From an uncultured Clostridia bacterium (GTDB lineage Bacteria > Bacillota > Clostridia > Peptostreptococcales > Anaerovoracaceae): a stretch of 64,000 nucleotides of DNA. How positions within the stretch are numbered: position 1 is the first letter of the stretch; every line of letters starts with the position of its first letter. Both the position numbers and the translations under genes were made by a program. The stretch is from the NCBI GenBank assembly GCA_934233735.1, contig CAKQGQ010000005.1, positions 24,778-88,777 of the forward strand, given 5' to 3'. The notes below the pieces were generated by a model. The model was not told where the DNA came from. It ran no database searches and saw only the letters and a list, made by a program, of their open reading frames with translations. Below are positions 47,020 through 54,529 of the stretch, in pieces.

Positions 47020-47304
47020 AATTTCTCAAATCCATTTACGAGAGATTTGAGAAATGTCAATGGTGGGATTTTTCCGGCTACTTGTACCAATCAACCGCAA
47101 GAAATCTCTTTTTGATTTTCCTTGTTCACTTGGTGGCTCATTTTAAACGATTCGACGCTACAGACAAGGTGCGAGCCGTTGTAAAAATAAATATTTTTCT
47201 CCACGGGCAGGTCTGCCACCTTGTCTTTCGCGTCTCATCGGCCGCCTGCGGCTTTCTTTCACCACTATCAAGTGAACAACAAAAATTCGTGCTCACGAGA
47301 TAGA
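47020..47304. promoter_or_regulatory. Structured repeat element, copy 2
   Basis: Direct repeat of 45427-45712 at an offset of 1593 nt. It has a 1-nt T-run deletion and a compensatory pair (47156 C / 47232 G). Confidence 0.6.
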
Positions 47305-47317
47305 AAGGAAAGCAAAG

Positions 47318-47494
47318 ATGTTTACAAGAGAAGAATTTAAAAGAACAGCTTGGAAGATGTCCTACGAGGAATATGCAGCTTGCTGCTGTCAGGAATGCGA
47401 AAAGAAAAAAGACTGCATACACTATGGTGCATACCGCAGGGTGCCGGAGATTGATGGGGGTTTGGGGCTGTGTCCGAATTTGAAAAACGATTAA
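47318..47494 (+). CDS. 58-aa cysteine-rich protein (Cys-rich VLP-like)
   Basis: Translates as MFTREEFKRTAWKMSYEEYAACCCQECEKKKDCIHYGAYRRVPEIDGGLGLCPNLKND. RBS AAAGGAAAG. It is below the track size cut-off. Confidence 0.6.
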   Translation: MFTREEFKRTAWKMSYEEYAACCCQECEKKKDCIHYGAYRRVPEIDGGLGLCPNLKND

Positions 47495-47512
47495 AAATAG
47501 GAGGTAAGAAAA

Positions 47513-47878
47513 ATGAAAATCACGGTTTATGGCTATCAAGATAAGTTTAGCGGAAAAATTACAAAATACAACCTTCAGCTTATAAAAAGCTTTGATGGTG
47601 GGAACGCGTTAAAAATGGAAGTGGAAATACCCGATTATCTAAAACCGGAGTGGACAGAATACGGTGATATTTTAATCAACGACAAAGGCAGCACCTATCT
47701 TATCTTGCTTGACAAGCTGCTTCGCGTTCACGGCAAGAACTATACACCTGTAATTTTACTGCCAAATACCGATATGATGACAAGAGGAAATGGATACCTT
47801 GCTCTTAAGGTATATAGTGAAGAATGGGTTAGCTGTGCCTTTTCTATTGAAGAATATTTAGGCAATAAGGACAATTAA
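47513..47878 (+). CDS. Hypothetical protein
   Basis: 121-aa ORF with AGGAGGTAAG RBS. Confidence 0.6.
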   Translation: MKITVYGYQDKFSGKITKYNLQLIKSFDGGNALKMEVEIPDYLKPEWTEYGDILINDKGSTYLILLDKLLRVHGKNYTPVILLPNTDMMTRGNGYLALKVYSEEWVSCAFSIEEYLGNKDN

Positions 47879-47940
47879 AAAAATCAAGAATTACCATACC
47901 GACCGTCGGCGGTATATCCGGCGGAGAAAGGGAGGAAAAA

Positions 47941-48168
47941 GTGAAAACGTTAGAAGAGCTCTTACAAGAGTATTTCGGCTGCGAAAAGCCGTTTATTGGA
48001 AGTACGGACTGCGATAACGAAGAAGAATGCGTGATTGCCTTTACGGAAGAAGGATTAGAGGCATATGATAAGCTTATCCAGCTTGTTTATGATATTCATG
48101 CGCTGGTAGGCAGCGGGGAAGCAAACAAAATGGTCGACATGATTGATTCAATCACAAGAGAAATGTAG
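47941..48168 (+). CDS. Small highly acidic hypothetical protein
   Basis: GTG start after GGGAGGAAAAA; 75 aa, rich in Asp/Glu. Confidence 0.5.
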   Translation: MKTLEELLQEYFGCEKPFIGSTDCDNEEECVIAFTEEGLEAYDKLIQLVYDIHALVGSGEANKMVDMIDSITREM

Positions 48169-48184
48169 AAAGGAAGAGGAAACT

Positions 48185-48505
48185 ATGAACATTGAAAACG
48201 GAACACAGGCAAATGTATTTGAAGCAAGAATTGATGAAAAAAGAAAAAGAACCGTGATTGCTGACATCAGTGTATACGAAGGAAAAGACCAAGATGATAA
48301 AGCAAGGTATTCTTCTTGGAAAACGAAATTCGTAGGAGAAGCCTACGAAGACGCTTTGAAGCTCAATGACAAAGATAAAATTGTGATTCGATCCGGGCTT
48401 GTCGATAACTTTTACAATAAGGAAACGAAAAAACTTTATGTTACCGTAACGATTTTCAAATTTGAAAAAGTAACAAGGGAAGCAGCGGAAGAAAATGAGG
48501 AATAA
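48185..48505 (+). CDS. OB-fold/SSB-like small protein (tentative)
   Basis: ATG at 48185 after AGGAAGAGGA. The beta-rich pattern ...SSWKTKFVGEAYEDALKLNDKDKIVIRSGLVDNFYNKETKKLYVTVTIFKFE resembles single-OB SSBs. Confidence 0.5.
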   Translation: MNIENGTQANVFEARIDEKRKRTVIADISVYEGKDQDDKARYSSWKTKFVGEAYEDALKLNDKDKIVIRSGLVDNFYNKETKKLYVTVTIFKFEKVTREAAEENEE

Positions 48506-48522
48506 ACCGAAAAAATATTCAG

Positions 48523-48561
48523 CGGATACGGAGGGCATACAAACCCTCCGTATCCGTTTTT
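48523..48561 (+). terminator. Strong intrinsic terminator
   Basis: 12-bp stem GGATACGGAGGG / CCCTCCGTATCC followed by TTTTT. Confidence 0.8.
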
Positions 48562-48574
48562 AAGGAGAATCATC

Positions 48575-48685
48575 ATGTTTTTAACAGAGCAAGACTTAAG
48601 AGATACCTTTTGGACAAATTATAACTACAATAATCGGGCAATCAAATATCAATTTGAATGTCCACTGCGGCAAGGCAATATGTAG
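48575..48685 (+). pseudogene. Truncated 5' duplicate (36 codons) of the 50988 PD-(D/E)xK-like gene
   Basis: MFLTEQDLRDTFWTNYNYNNRAIKYQFECPLRQGN is identical to the start of the 50988 ORF, then the sequences diverge and a stop follows. Confidence 0.75.
48576..48679 (+). repeat. Direct repeat, left copy (104 nt, 1 mismatch to 50989-51092)
   Basis: Aligned by eye; the single mismatch is gaatgTccac versus gaatgCccac. Confidence 0.9.
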
Positions 48686-48823
48686 CAAGTATGTTTGAAA
48701 TAAGCTATAATGTTTAAGTGGTGTAGAGAATATAATTAAAAAATGAAAAATTTTTGTAACATTTTCATTCTTTTTGACTCTAATATATGAAGCCCGAATA
48801 ATTCAGATGAAGGGAGATCACAT

Positions 48824-49315
48824 ATGGAGGAATTTGAATATCTTTGTCACCAGTATAAAGACATTATATATCGATATCTTCTATCACTTTGTCACGATGA
48901 ACATTTGTCCGAGGAACTGACGGCAGAAACATTTTATCGTGCTTTCCTGCATATTGACCGCTTTCGAGGAGAATGTAATGTTGCAACTTGGATGTGTCAA
49001 ATCGCTAAGAACATATATTACAAAGAACAGAAGAGAAGAAAGAAGCATGATTCCTTAGAAGATGTTTTAGAAATAAAAGATCCCGAGCACTTTCTGGACA
49101 AGCTGTGTGAAAAAGAACAGGTAGCAGAGATTGTCCGAGCGGTACAGAACTTAAATGAGCCGTATAAGGAAGTATTTACCTTAAGAGTTTTAGGAAATTT
49201 AAGCTTCAAGGAAATTGCAATGATATTTTCGAAGACGGATTCATGGGCAAGAGTTACCTATTATCGGGCAAAAGAAAAATTGATATATAAATTGGAGGGC
49301 GAAAATGAAAATTAG
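48824..49315 (+). CDS. ECF-type sigma-70 family factor
   Basis: Region 2 (YRYLLSLCHDEHLSEELTAETFYRAF...WMCQIAKN) and region 4 (YKEVFTLRVLGNLSFKEIAMIFSKTDSWARVTYYRAKEKL). Confidence 0.8.
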   Translation: MEEFEYLCHQYKDIIYRYLLSLCHDEHLSEELTAETFYRAFLHIDRFRGECNVATWMCQIAKNIYYKEQKRRKKHDSLEDVLEIKDPEHFLDKLCEKEQVAEIVRAVQNLNEPYKEVFTLRVLGNLSFKEIAMIFSKTDSWARVTYYRAKEKLIYKLEGENEN

Positions 49316-50009
49316 TTGTAATGTGGTAGAGGATTTACTACCTTTATATGTCGATAATTGCTGTTCGGATGATAGTAGGATGCTCCTTGAGGAGCATTTG
49401 GTCGAGTGTCAAGCCTGCCGAGAAAAATATGAACGCATGAAAAGAAGTGATTATATCTCAAAATCAGCAGAAGCAGGTACAGAGCAAACGTTTCACATCG
49501 CCGCTTATGCTAAAAAGATACGTCGCCACAGAATCACTTTCCGTATTCTAACACCTATTGCGATTCTTCTGCTGACCTTGCTTCTGTCAGTAACATGGCA
49601 GGCAGTTAAGCTTATGGACTATCCAAATACCGAGTTGAATGCTACGATAGAAGCCGGAACTTGGAATTTGACGACCGGAGATCTCGAAACAGATGTCTGT
49701 GAAATCGATAGATACCGGTTGTATAGCGAATCATCTCGACTATACGTCTGTGTGCAGGCAGAATCTGAGTTGACAGGAAAAGTTGTGCTGTACAAAATAG
49801 AAAGCAAAGGAGAACAGAATGCAGATAACTCGATTATGGAAGCAGATATTGACGATAGCAAAAAATGGTGTGTCTTTACGCATTTGTCCACAGAAAATCA
49901 ATATTGTATCCGCGTGGAAGGTATTCAAAAAGGTACGATTACGGTCAGTGAAAAGATTCCTTTTACACAAGCCCTGCGCATAGCATGGAATGATTTCTTT
50001 TTCATCTGA
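49305..50009 (+). CDS. Anti-sigma factor with zf-HC2 motif and one TM helix
   Basis: LEEHLVECQACREKY (H-x3-C-x2-C), overlap with the sigma gene, and a central TM segment. Confidence 0.75.
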   Translation: MKISCNVVEDLLPLYVDNCCSDDSRMLLEEHLVECQACREKYERMKRSDYISKSAEAGTEQTFHIAAYAKKIRRHRITFRILTPIAILLLTLLLSVTWQAVKLMDYPNTELNATIEAGTWNLTTGDLETDVCEIDRYRLYSESSRLYVCVQAESELTGKVVLYKIESKGEQNADNSIMEADIDDSKKWCVFTHLSTENQYCIRVEGIQKGTITVSEKIPFTQALRIAWNDFFFI

Positions 50010-50295
50010 TGTAAAACGACAGGAAGCGGCGCAAAGATAAGGAGTTTGCTCTTTGGTCTTGCTGGTGCGAACTTTCAGTTTGAGTTTGTATTGAATATAA
50101 CATTATGTCCTGTGATTGTTCGAATCGTGCTATTGAGAAGTAAGTTGAGCTCAGAGGATATCAACAAGGAATCACGAAAGGAGGTGTTTCTGATGTGAAC
50201 GAAATAAGTTTCCCTGTTGTGTAACAAAACAGGGAAAAACGCAGAGAATTTTATACTTTTGAAATGTTGGATAAAGACAAAAAGGGAGGAAGAAA

Positions 50296-50826
50296 ATGTT
50301 AAGATTGATTGTGTGTACACTTGCACTTGCCTGTGTTTTCCCTATGTCAGCTTTTGCAGCTGAACCGGCACAAGGGGTAAAAGAAAATAGTGTTGCTCCC
50401 GTTGGTGTACTCGTTGAAACCGTAGCGGAAGATTTAATTTCATCTTACAATTACAGCAATATGCCAACACTTGCAAAGCGTACTACAGTTGATTTATCAG
50501 AGGGCCCAAGTCATTTTACGGTTGGAGCATTGGATGCAAATAAGTCGTATACAACAGATACATATAAAATTACGAAAACCACTCTTAAGATTGGTCTTCA
50601 GAGTATCGCGCGACCATCAAGCCACATCAAAGTAGTCCTTTACAAAAAAAATGGCACCAGTGTTGCAGAAACGACAATTTCTTTACCACAAGTGAATCCA
50701 ATAGGTGGCTCTACTACTTATATTTCATTCACAAATCTTAGCACAGCAAATAATTATTACGCAAAAATCAAAAATATTGATACTGCAACAAGCGGAAGTA
50801 TCTTTGCTATTGCAAAGCAGGCATAG
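50296..50826 (+). CDS. Secreted protein of unknown function
   Basis: Signal peptide MLRLIVCTLALACVFPMSAFAAE. AGGGAGGAAG RBS. Confidence 0.65.
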   Translation: MLRLIVCTLALACVFPMSAFAAEPAQGVKENSVAPVGVLVETVAEDLISSYNYSNMPTLAKRTTVDLSEGPSHFTVGALDANKSYTTDTYKITKTTLKIGLQSIARPSSHIKVVLYKKNGTSVAETTISLPQVNPIGGSTTYISFTNLSTANNYYAKIKNIDTATSGSIFAIAKQA

Positions 50827-50927
50827 AGCGGTCTTTCGCAATAACATAATAAATATTGACTAAATTGGGCTTGGAATAATGCAAGATGTCTTTAGCCGAT
50901 TATCAATATTAAACATCTGCAAAAAAG

Positions 50928-50960
50928 AAAACCTCGGAGCATCGTTTCCGAGGTTTTTTG
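50928..50960 (+). terminator. Intrinsic terminator
   Basis: ACCTCGGA / TCCGAGGT stem followed by T6. Confidence 0.75.
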
Positions 50961-50987
50961 CGATAAGATTTTTTAGGGAGGTAGACA

Positions 50988-51410
50988 GTGTTTTTAACAG
51001 AGCAAGACTTAAGAGATACCTTTTGGACAAATTATAACTACAATAATCGGGCAATCAAATATCAATTTGAATGCCCACTGCGGCAAGGCAACATTGACCT
51101 TGTGACAGTCGAAAAATTCCAAGAGAACTATCAGATTAACGCTTTTGAGTTTAAATTGGATGATATAAAAAAGGTACTGCTCCAGGCAAAGGGCAATATC
51201 CCTTATTGCAACAAATCCTGGATTGTCGTTCCGGGGGAAAAAAAGAAAGTAATCCTGGAGCGATACAGAAATTATCTTGATGACGCCAAACACATTGGGG
51301 TTATTGCTGTAGAAGAGGGTGGCAAGTGGGAAATGATATACAGGCCGTTGTTTAAACGCGAACTTGTTTTTGAACAGCCGCTCTTAAATTTTTTAATGAG
51401 GGGACTGTAA
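50988..51410 (+). CDS. PD-(D/E)xK nuclease-fold protein (tentative)
   Basis: GTG start after AGGGAGG. GNIDLV ... AFEFKL gives a D...ExK arrangement. 140 aa. Confidence 0.55.
   Translation: MFLTEQDLRDTFWTNYNYNNRAIKYQFECPLRQGNIDLVTVEKFQENYQINAFEFKLDDIKKVLLQAKGNIPYCNKSWIVVPGEKKKVILERYRNYLDDAKHIGVIAVEEGGKWEMIYRPLFKRELVFEQPLLNFLMRGL
50989..51092 (+). repeat. Direct repeat, right copy
   Basis: See 48576-48679. Confidence 0.9.
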
Positions 51411-51922
51411 TGAAAAAAATTATAACATGGCTGAAAGATGACAAAAAAAGAATTGCCGGGCTCATTTTGATAGTGCTGGCAGCGTTAATCGTTATTTTTC
51501 TGATACGAAGTATTGTACTTGGAAATGAAATGGCGGAGGATGAGCCTAAGACGGAGAATAATCTCACAGAGACAGAACGCAATCTTCTCATCGAAGACCT
51601 TAACCTAAACGGAAACGATGCAGAAGATGTGAATCCGGACATAGCGAAAAAAATCATGAATCTTGAGGTTGTCATTTCCGATGAAATTGTAAAAGACTGC
51701 TTACCGGAGCAGGAAGAAAAACTCACAAGAGAAATGGAAAACTTTCTTGTTGAAAATGATTTTTACATGGATGTGACAAAAGCAAGCTGCACACAGGAAG
51801 TTACAAAGAATTATCTTACGAAAGAAATCTATATGGAATTTAAGTTAAACGATCCGGCGCGGACGATTGTGTCCGTCGAGTTTCGTCAGGGAAGCAGTCG
51901 TTTTTCCTTTAACTTCTACTAA
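51410..51922 (+). CDS. Membrane-anchored hypothetical protein
   Basis: ATG overlaps the upstream stop. N-terminal TM helix IAGLILIVLAALIVIFLI. Confidence 0.55.
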   Translation: MKKIITWLKDDKKRIAGLILIVLAALIVIFLIRSIVLGNEMAEDEPKTENNLTETERNLLIEDLNLNGNDAEDVNPDIAKKIMNLEVVISDEIVKDCLPEQEEKLTREMENFLVENDFYMDVTKASCTQEVTKNYLTKEIYMEFKLNDPARTIVSVEFRQGSSRFSFNFY

Positions 51923-51959
51923 CGAAGACGGAAAAACACCGGGAAAAGGAAAGAAAGCC

Positions 51960-52200
51960 GTCCGAAATTCGTCCTCTTTCTTTCGTCCTATGCATGGCAA
52001 ATCTGTTTCCAGTAATTCTATGCCATGCGGGTTTTGGAAGAGCATAAGGGAAATCTGTCACACATGCTGTGTGAAATCGGCAGTGCCGATTGATTTCCTG
52101 CGCTTTCTTTCTTTGCTTTTTGTGTAACAACAAAATATCGGTTTGCCAGCATAAAGCCATACAAATCGTCCTGAAATTCGTCCTTTTTTCGTCCTTGCCG
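51960..52200. other. Candidate oriT region (iterated TCGTCCT repeats and three inverted repeats)
   Basis: TCGTCCT occurs five times (ending at 51975, 51989, 52172, 52184 and 52195). Inverted repeats are GCATGGCA/TGCCATGC (51992-51999 / 52021-52028), TCACACA-tgc-TGTGTGA (52058-52074) and CGGCA-g-TGCCG (52078-52088). The region is the non-coding gap immediately upstream of the RHH/relaxase operon. Confidence 0.45.
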
Positions 52201-52251
52201 TCAAAAAGCCATACGAAAAATGGAAAAACATATGAAAGGAAATGCGAAGAT

Positions 52252-52647
52252 ATGAGTAAAAAAACATTTCGTCTGTCAGAAGAAGCAGTGGCATGTATCA
52301 AAAAAATCCAAGAAGATAATCATCTGAGGACAGAAACAGCAGCGGTCGAATTTGTCCTGAAAGACTATTGCAAAGGGCAAGCATTTGAAAGTCTCCTTGA
52401 AAAAATCCTAGAAGAAAAATTGGGTAGTGAAATCAAAGCCTTAATAAAAATGAGCCGGGCGGAGGAAGAGAAAATAGACCTGCTCCTTGACGGCATGAAT
52501 TCCCAACTGATTCATTTTGCCGTCGGCCGCTTGGAGGCTTATGACAAGAATCCAGCGCCAATTTTGATCCAGGCAAGGAAACATCGTGAAGATAAAATCA
52601 CAGAATTACAAATACGAAAAAATTATGAACAGACAAAGGGGAAATAA
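52252..52647 (+). CDS. Ribbon-helix-helix-like relaxosome accessory protein (tentative)
   Basis: ATG at 52252. N-terminus MSKKTFRLSEEAVACIKKIQ is RHH-like. It is the first gene of the relaxase operon; the track ORF start at 52090 is too long. Confidence 0.5.
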   Translation: MSKKTFRLSEEAVACIKKIQEDNHLRTETAAVEFVLKDYCKGQAFESLLEKILEEKLGSEIKALIKMSRAEEEKIDLLLDGMNSQLIHFAVGRLEAYDKNPAPILIQARKHREDKITELQIRKNYEQTKGK

Positions 52648-52650
52648 AAA

Positions 52651-52947
52651 ATGAAGTCATTATATATCCGAGGAATGGATGAAACTCTATACCTAACACT
52701 TTCAGAACAAGCGGAAAAGATGGAATTGAGTTTGCCGGAGCTTGCGCGAAGAGTACTTGCGAATTATGCAGCGGCTCCTGCGCTTGTCGCAATTGACCAT
52801 AAGTATCGTGTTTTCGTGGATGAAGTGCAGGAAGTCTTGGCACTTGATTTTGCTAATTTGAAAAACTTAACAGAAGAACTTGCGCTTATGCTGCAAACAT
52901 CACAGGAGATGATGCAGGAGCTGATGGAGGAAACACATGGCAAGTAA
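52651..52947 (+). CDS. MobC/RHH-like relaxosome accessory protein
   Basis: MKSLYIRGMDETLYLTLSEQAEKMELSLPELARRVL is a beta-strand/helix/helix CopG-like pattern. It overlaps the relaxase start. Confidence 0.55.
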   Translation: MKSLYIRGMDETLYLTLSEQAEKMELSLPELARRVLANYAAAPALVAIDHKYRVFVDEVQEVLALDFANLKNLTEELALMLQTSQEMMQELMEETHGK

Positions 52948-54403
52948 TGTAGGGATCACACTTATGAACACGTTTTGCCGCCCTGCCTCAAAGTTTTTTG
53001 CAAATTATATCAACTATATGGATCGAGAAGAAGCGGTGAAGAAAGAACATTTATCGGATTTTGACCTATTTGCCGCTGAAAACTTTGACCTTTTCTCCGG
53101 ATATATGGACTATATGGGAAACCCTGAAAAAGCACATGCCCAGGATAAGCCTGAGAAGATTTCAGGACTTTTTACCGCAAATCGGGATAACTTATCAAAA
53201 GAAGAAATAAAATCGCTGAAATCGGCATTTAGGACGGCGCAGGCAAAAGGAAGTCTTATGTGGCAGACCGTTTTAAGCTTTGATAATGACTGGTTAAAAG
53301 AAATGGGCATCTACAAAGATACAGGGCTTGATGAAAAAAGATTTCAAACATGTGCAAGAGCAGCCATCGGAAAAATGCTGGAAAGCGAAAACCTAAAAAA
53401 TGCGATTTGGACAGCTGCCGTTCATTATAATACAGATAACATTCATATCCATGTGGGCATTGTAGAGCCGGAGCCGATGCGGAAAAAGAAGAAGTTTAAA
53501 CAATGGGAGATTATACAAAAAGATGGTAAGTGGCAGTATAAAAGACAAAAGAATCCAACTACCGGGAAGATGGAAAAGGTTCCTGTCGTCGATGCAAGCG
53601 GAAGGCAGCTGGAGAGCGAAGAATATATCGGAAAATTTAAGCTGCAAAGTTTGAAAAATGCGAAGGCAGAGATGATGAGCTTTTTACAAATGGATAAGGC
53701 TTCCCACAGCGAAATCAACAAAGTCAATCAAAGAATCCGGGAAAATATCGTAGGAAGTCTGAAAGCATATGCACTTTATGAAGATGAAGATTTTCGGACG
53801 CTTTACGAAGCCATCTATGAGAAACTTCCCTCTGACAAACGCACATGGAAGTACGGCTATCAGAAAATGAATCCGCTGCGAACGGAAATTGACGCACTTT
53901 CCGAGGCTTACATCAAAAAATATTGCACGGATGAATTTGAAATGTTTTCTGTAAATCTAAGAAAAAAAGAAGAAGAATATCAAAAGGCATATGGCGGGGA
54001 GACAAACCATTATGCAGAAAAGCAAATAAAAGAGTTATATCATCGCATGGGAAATGCAATTTTGTTTTCTATGCGTATGTACGATAAAAAGCTGCAGCTT
54101 GAAACGGATGGAGAATATGAAAGCTATGCTTCTGCAGAAATGTCGGCCGGGCAGAAACGAAAGGAAAAAACATACAGCACGAAAGCAAAGAAAATAACCG
54201 AGCCTTCCTACAGACCGGCAAGAAGAAAGAGAACCGGAAAAGATTCTATCAGAAGTATCCTTGCAGCCCTAAAGCACAGCCTGGATAATACAACCGAAAA
54301 AATATTAAATCAGCAAGAATATGAAAGACTTCAGCGTGAAATCGGAGGAGGAGAAATTGAATACGAAAGAATGCAAGGAGACTGGTATCATCACCTGTCT
54401 TAA
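52937..54403 (+). CDS. Relaxase/mobilization nuclease (MobA/VirD2-type, HxDxxxHxH-like histidine triad)
   Basis: AAVHYNTDNIHIHVGIVEP is a relaxase metal-binding motif. N-terminal Tyr candidates lie in FANYINYMDRE. 488 aa. Confidence 0.75.
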   Translation: MASNVGITLMNTFCRPASKFFANYINYMDREEAVKKEHLSDFDLFAAENFDLFSGYMDYMGNPEKAHAQDKPEKISGLFTANRDNLSKEEIKSLKSAFRTAQAKGSLMWQTVLSFDNDWLKEMGIYKDTGLDEKRFQTCARAAIGKMLESENLKNAIWTAAVHYNTDNIHIHVGIVEPEPMRKKKKFKQWEIIQKDGKWQYKRQKNPTTGKMEKVPVVDASGRQLESEEYIGKFKLQSLKNAKAEMMSFLQMDKASHSEINKVNQRIRENIVGSLKAYALYEDEDFRTLYEAIYEKLPSDKRTWKYGYQKMNPLRTEIDALSEAYIKKYCTDEFEMFSVNLRKKEEEYQKAYGGETNHYAEKQIKELYHRMGNAILFSMRMYDKKLQLETDGEYESYASAEMSAGQKRKEKTYSTKAKKITEPSYRPARRKRTGKDSIRSILAALKHSLDNTTEKILNQQEYERLQREIGGGEIEYERMQGDWYHHLS

Positions 54404-54529
54404 TTTTTATCTAAACAAAACAAAGAATCCAAGAAAGGCAGCTTTTATTGCAGAATGCATTTTTGGAGAGCAGTACGAGAACATAATTCAGCGGTGGCTT
54501 GAGGCATATGGAAAAAGTGTGCTTTAAAC

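Larger units (their letters stand above)
48680..50988 (+). mobile_element. Inserted ~2.3-kb AT-rich cassette (ECF sigma, anti-sigma, secreted protein) bounded by the 104-nt direct repeats
   Basis: It interrupts an otherwise continuous gene context and is visibly more AT-rich than its flanks. It carries its own terminator at 50928-50960. Confidence 0.6.

Noticed and set aside
46889-47020. 43-aa ORF (MRKHLRESFLAAEKKTLRQG...) between the 46597 gene and structured element copy 2
   Set aside because: The SD-like GGAG abuts the ATG with no spacing, and the ORF runs through two strong hairpins (46876-46895 and 46914-46946). It is more likely non-coding.
54404-54527. Frame continuing past the relaxase stop (…AAFIAECIFGEQYENIIQRWLEAYGKSVL), which looks like a protein C-terminus
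   Set aside because: It has no start or RBS of its own. It may be a remnant of a gene disrupted by the IS30 insertion, but that cannot be supported from this window alone.
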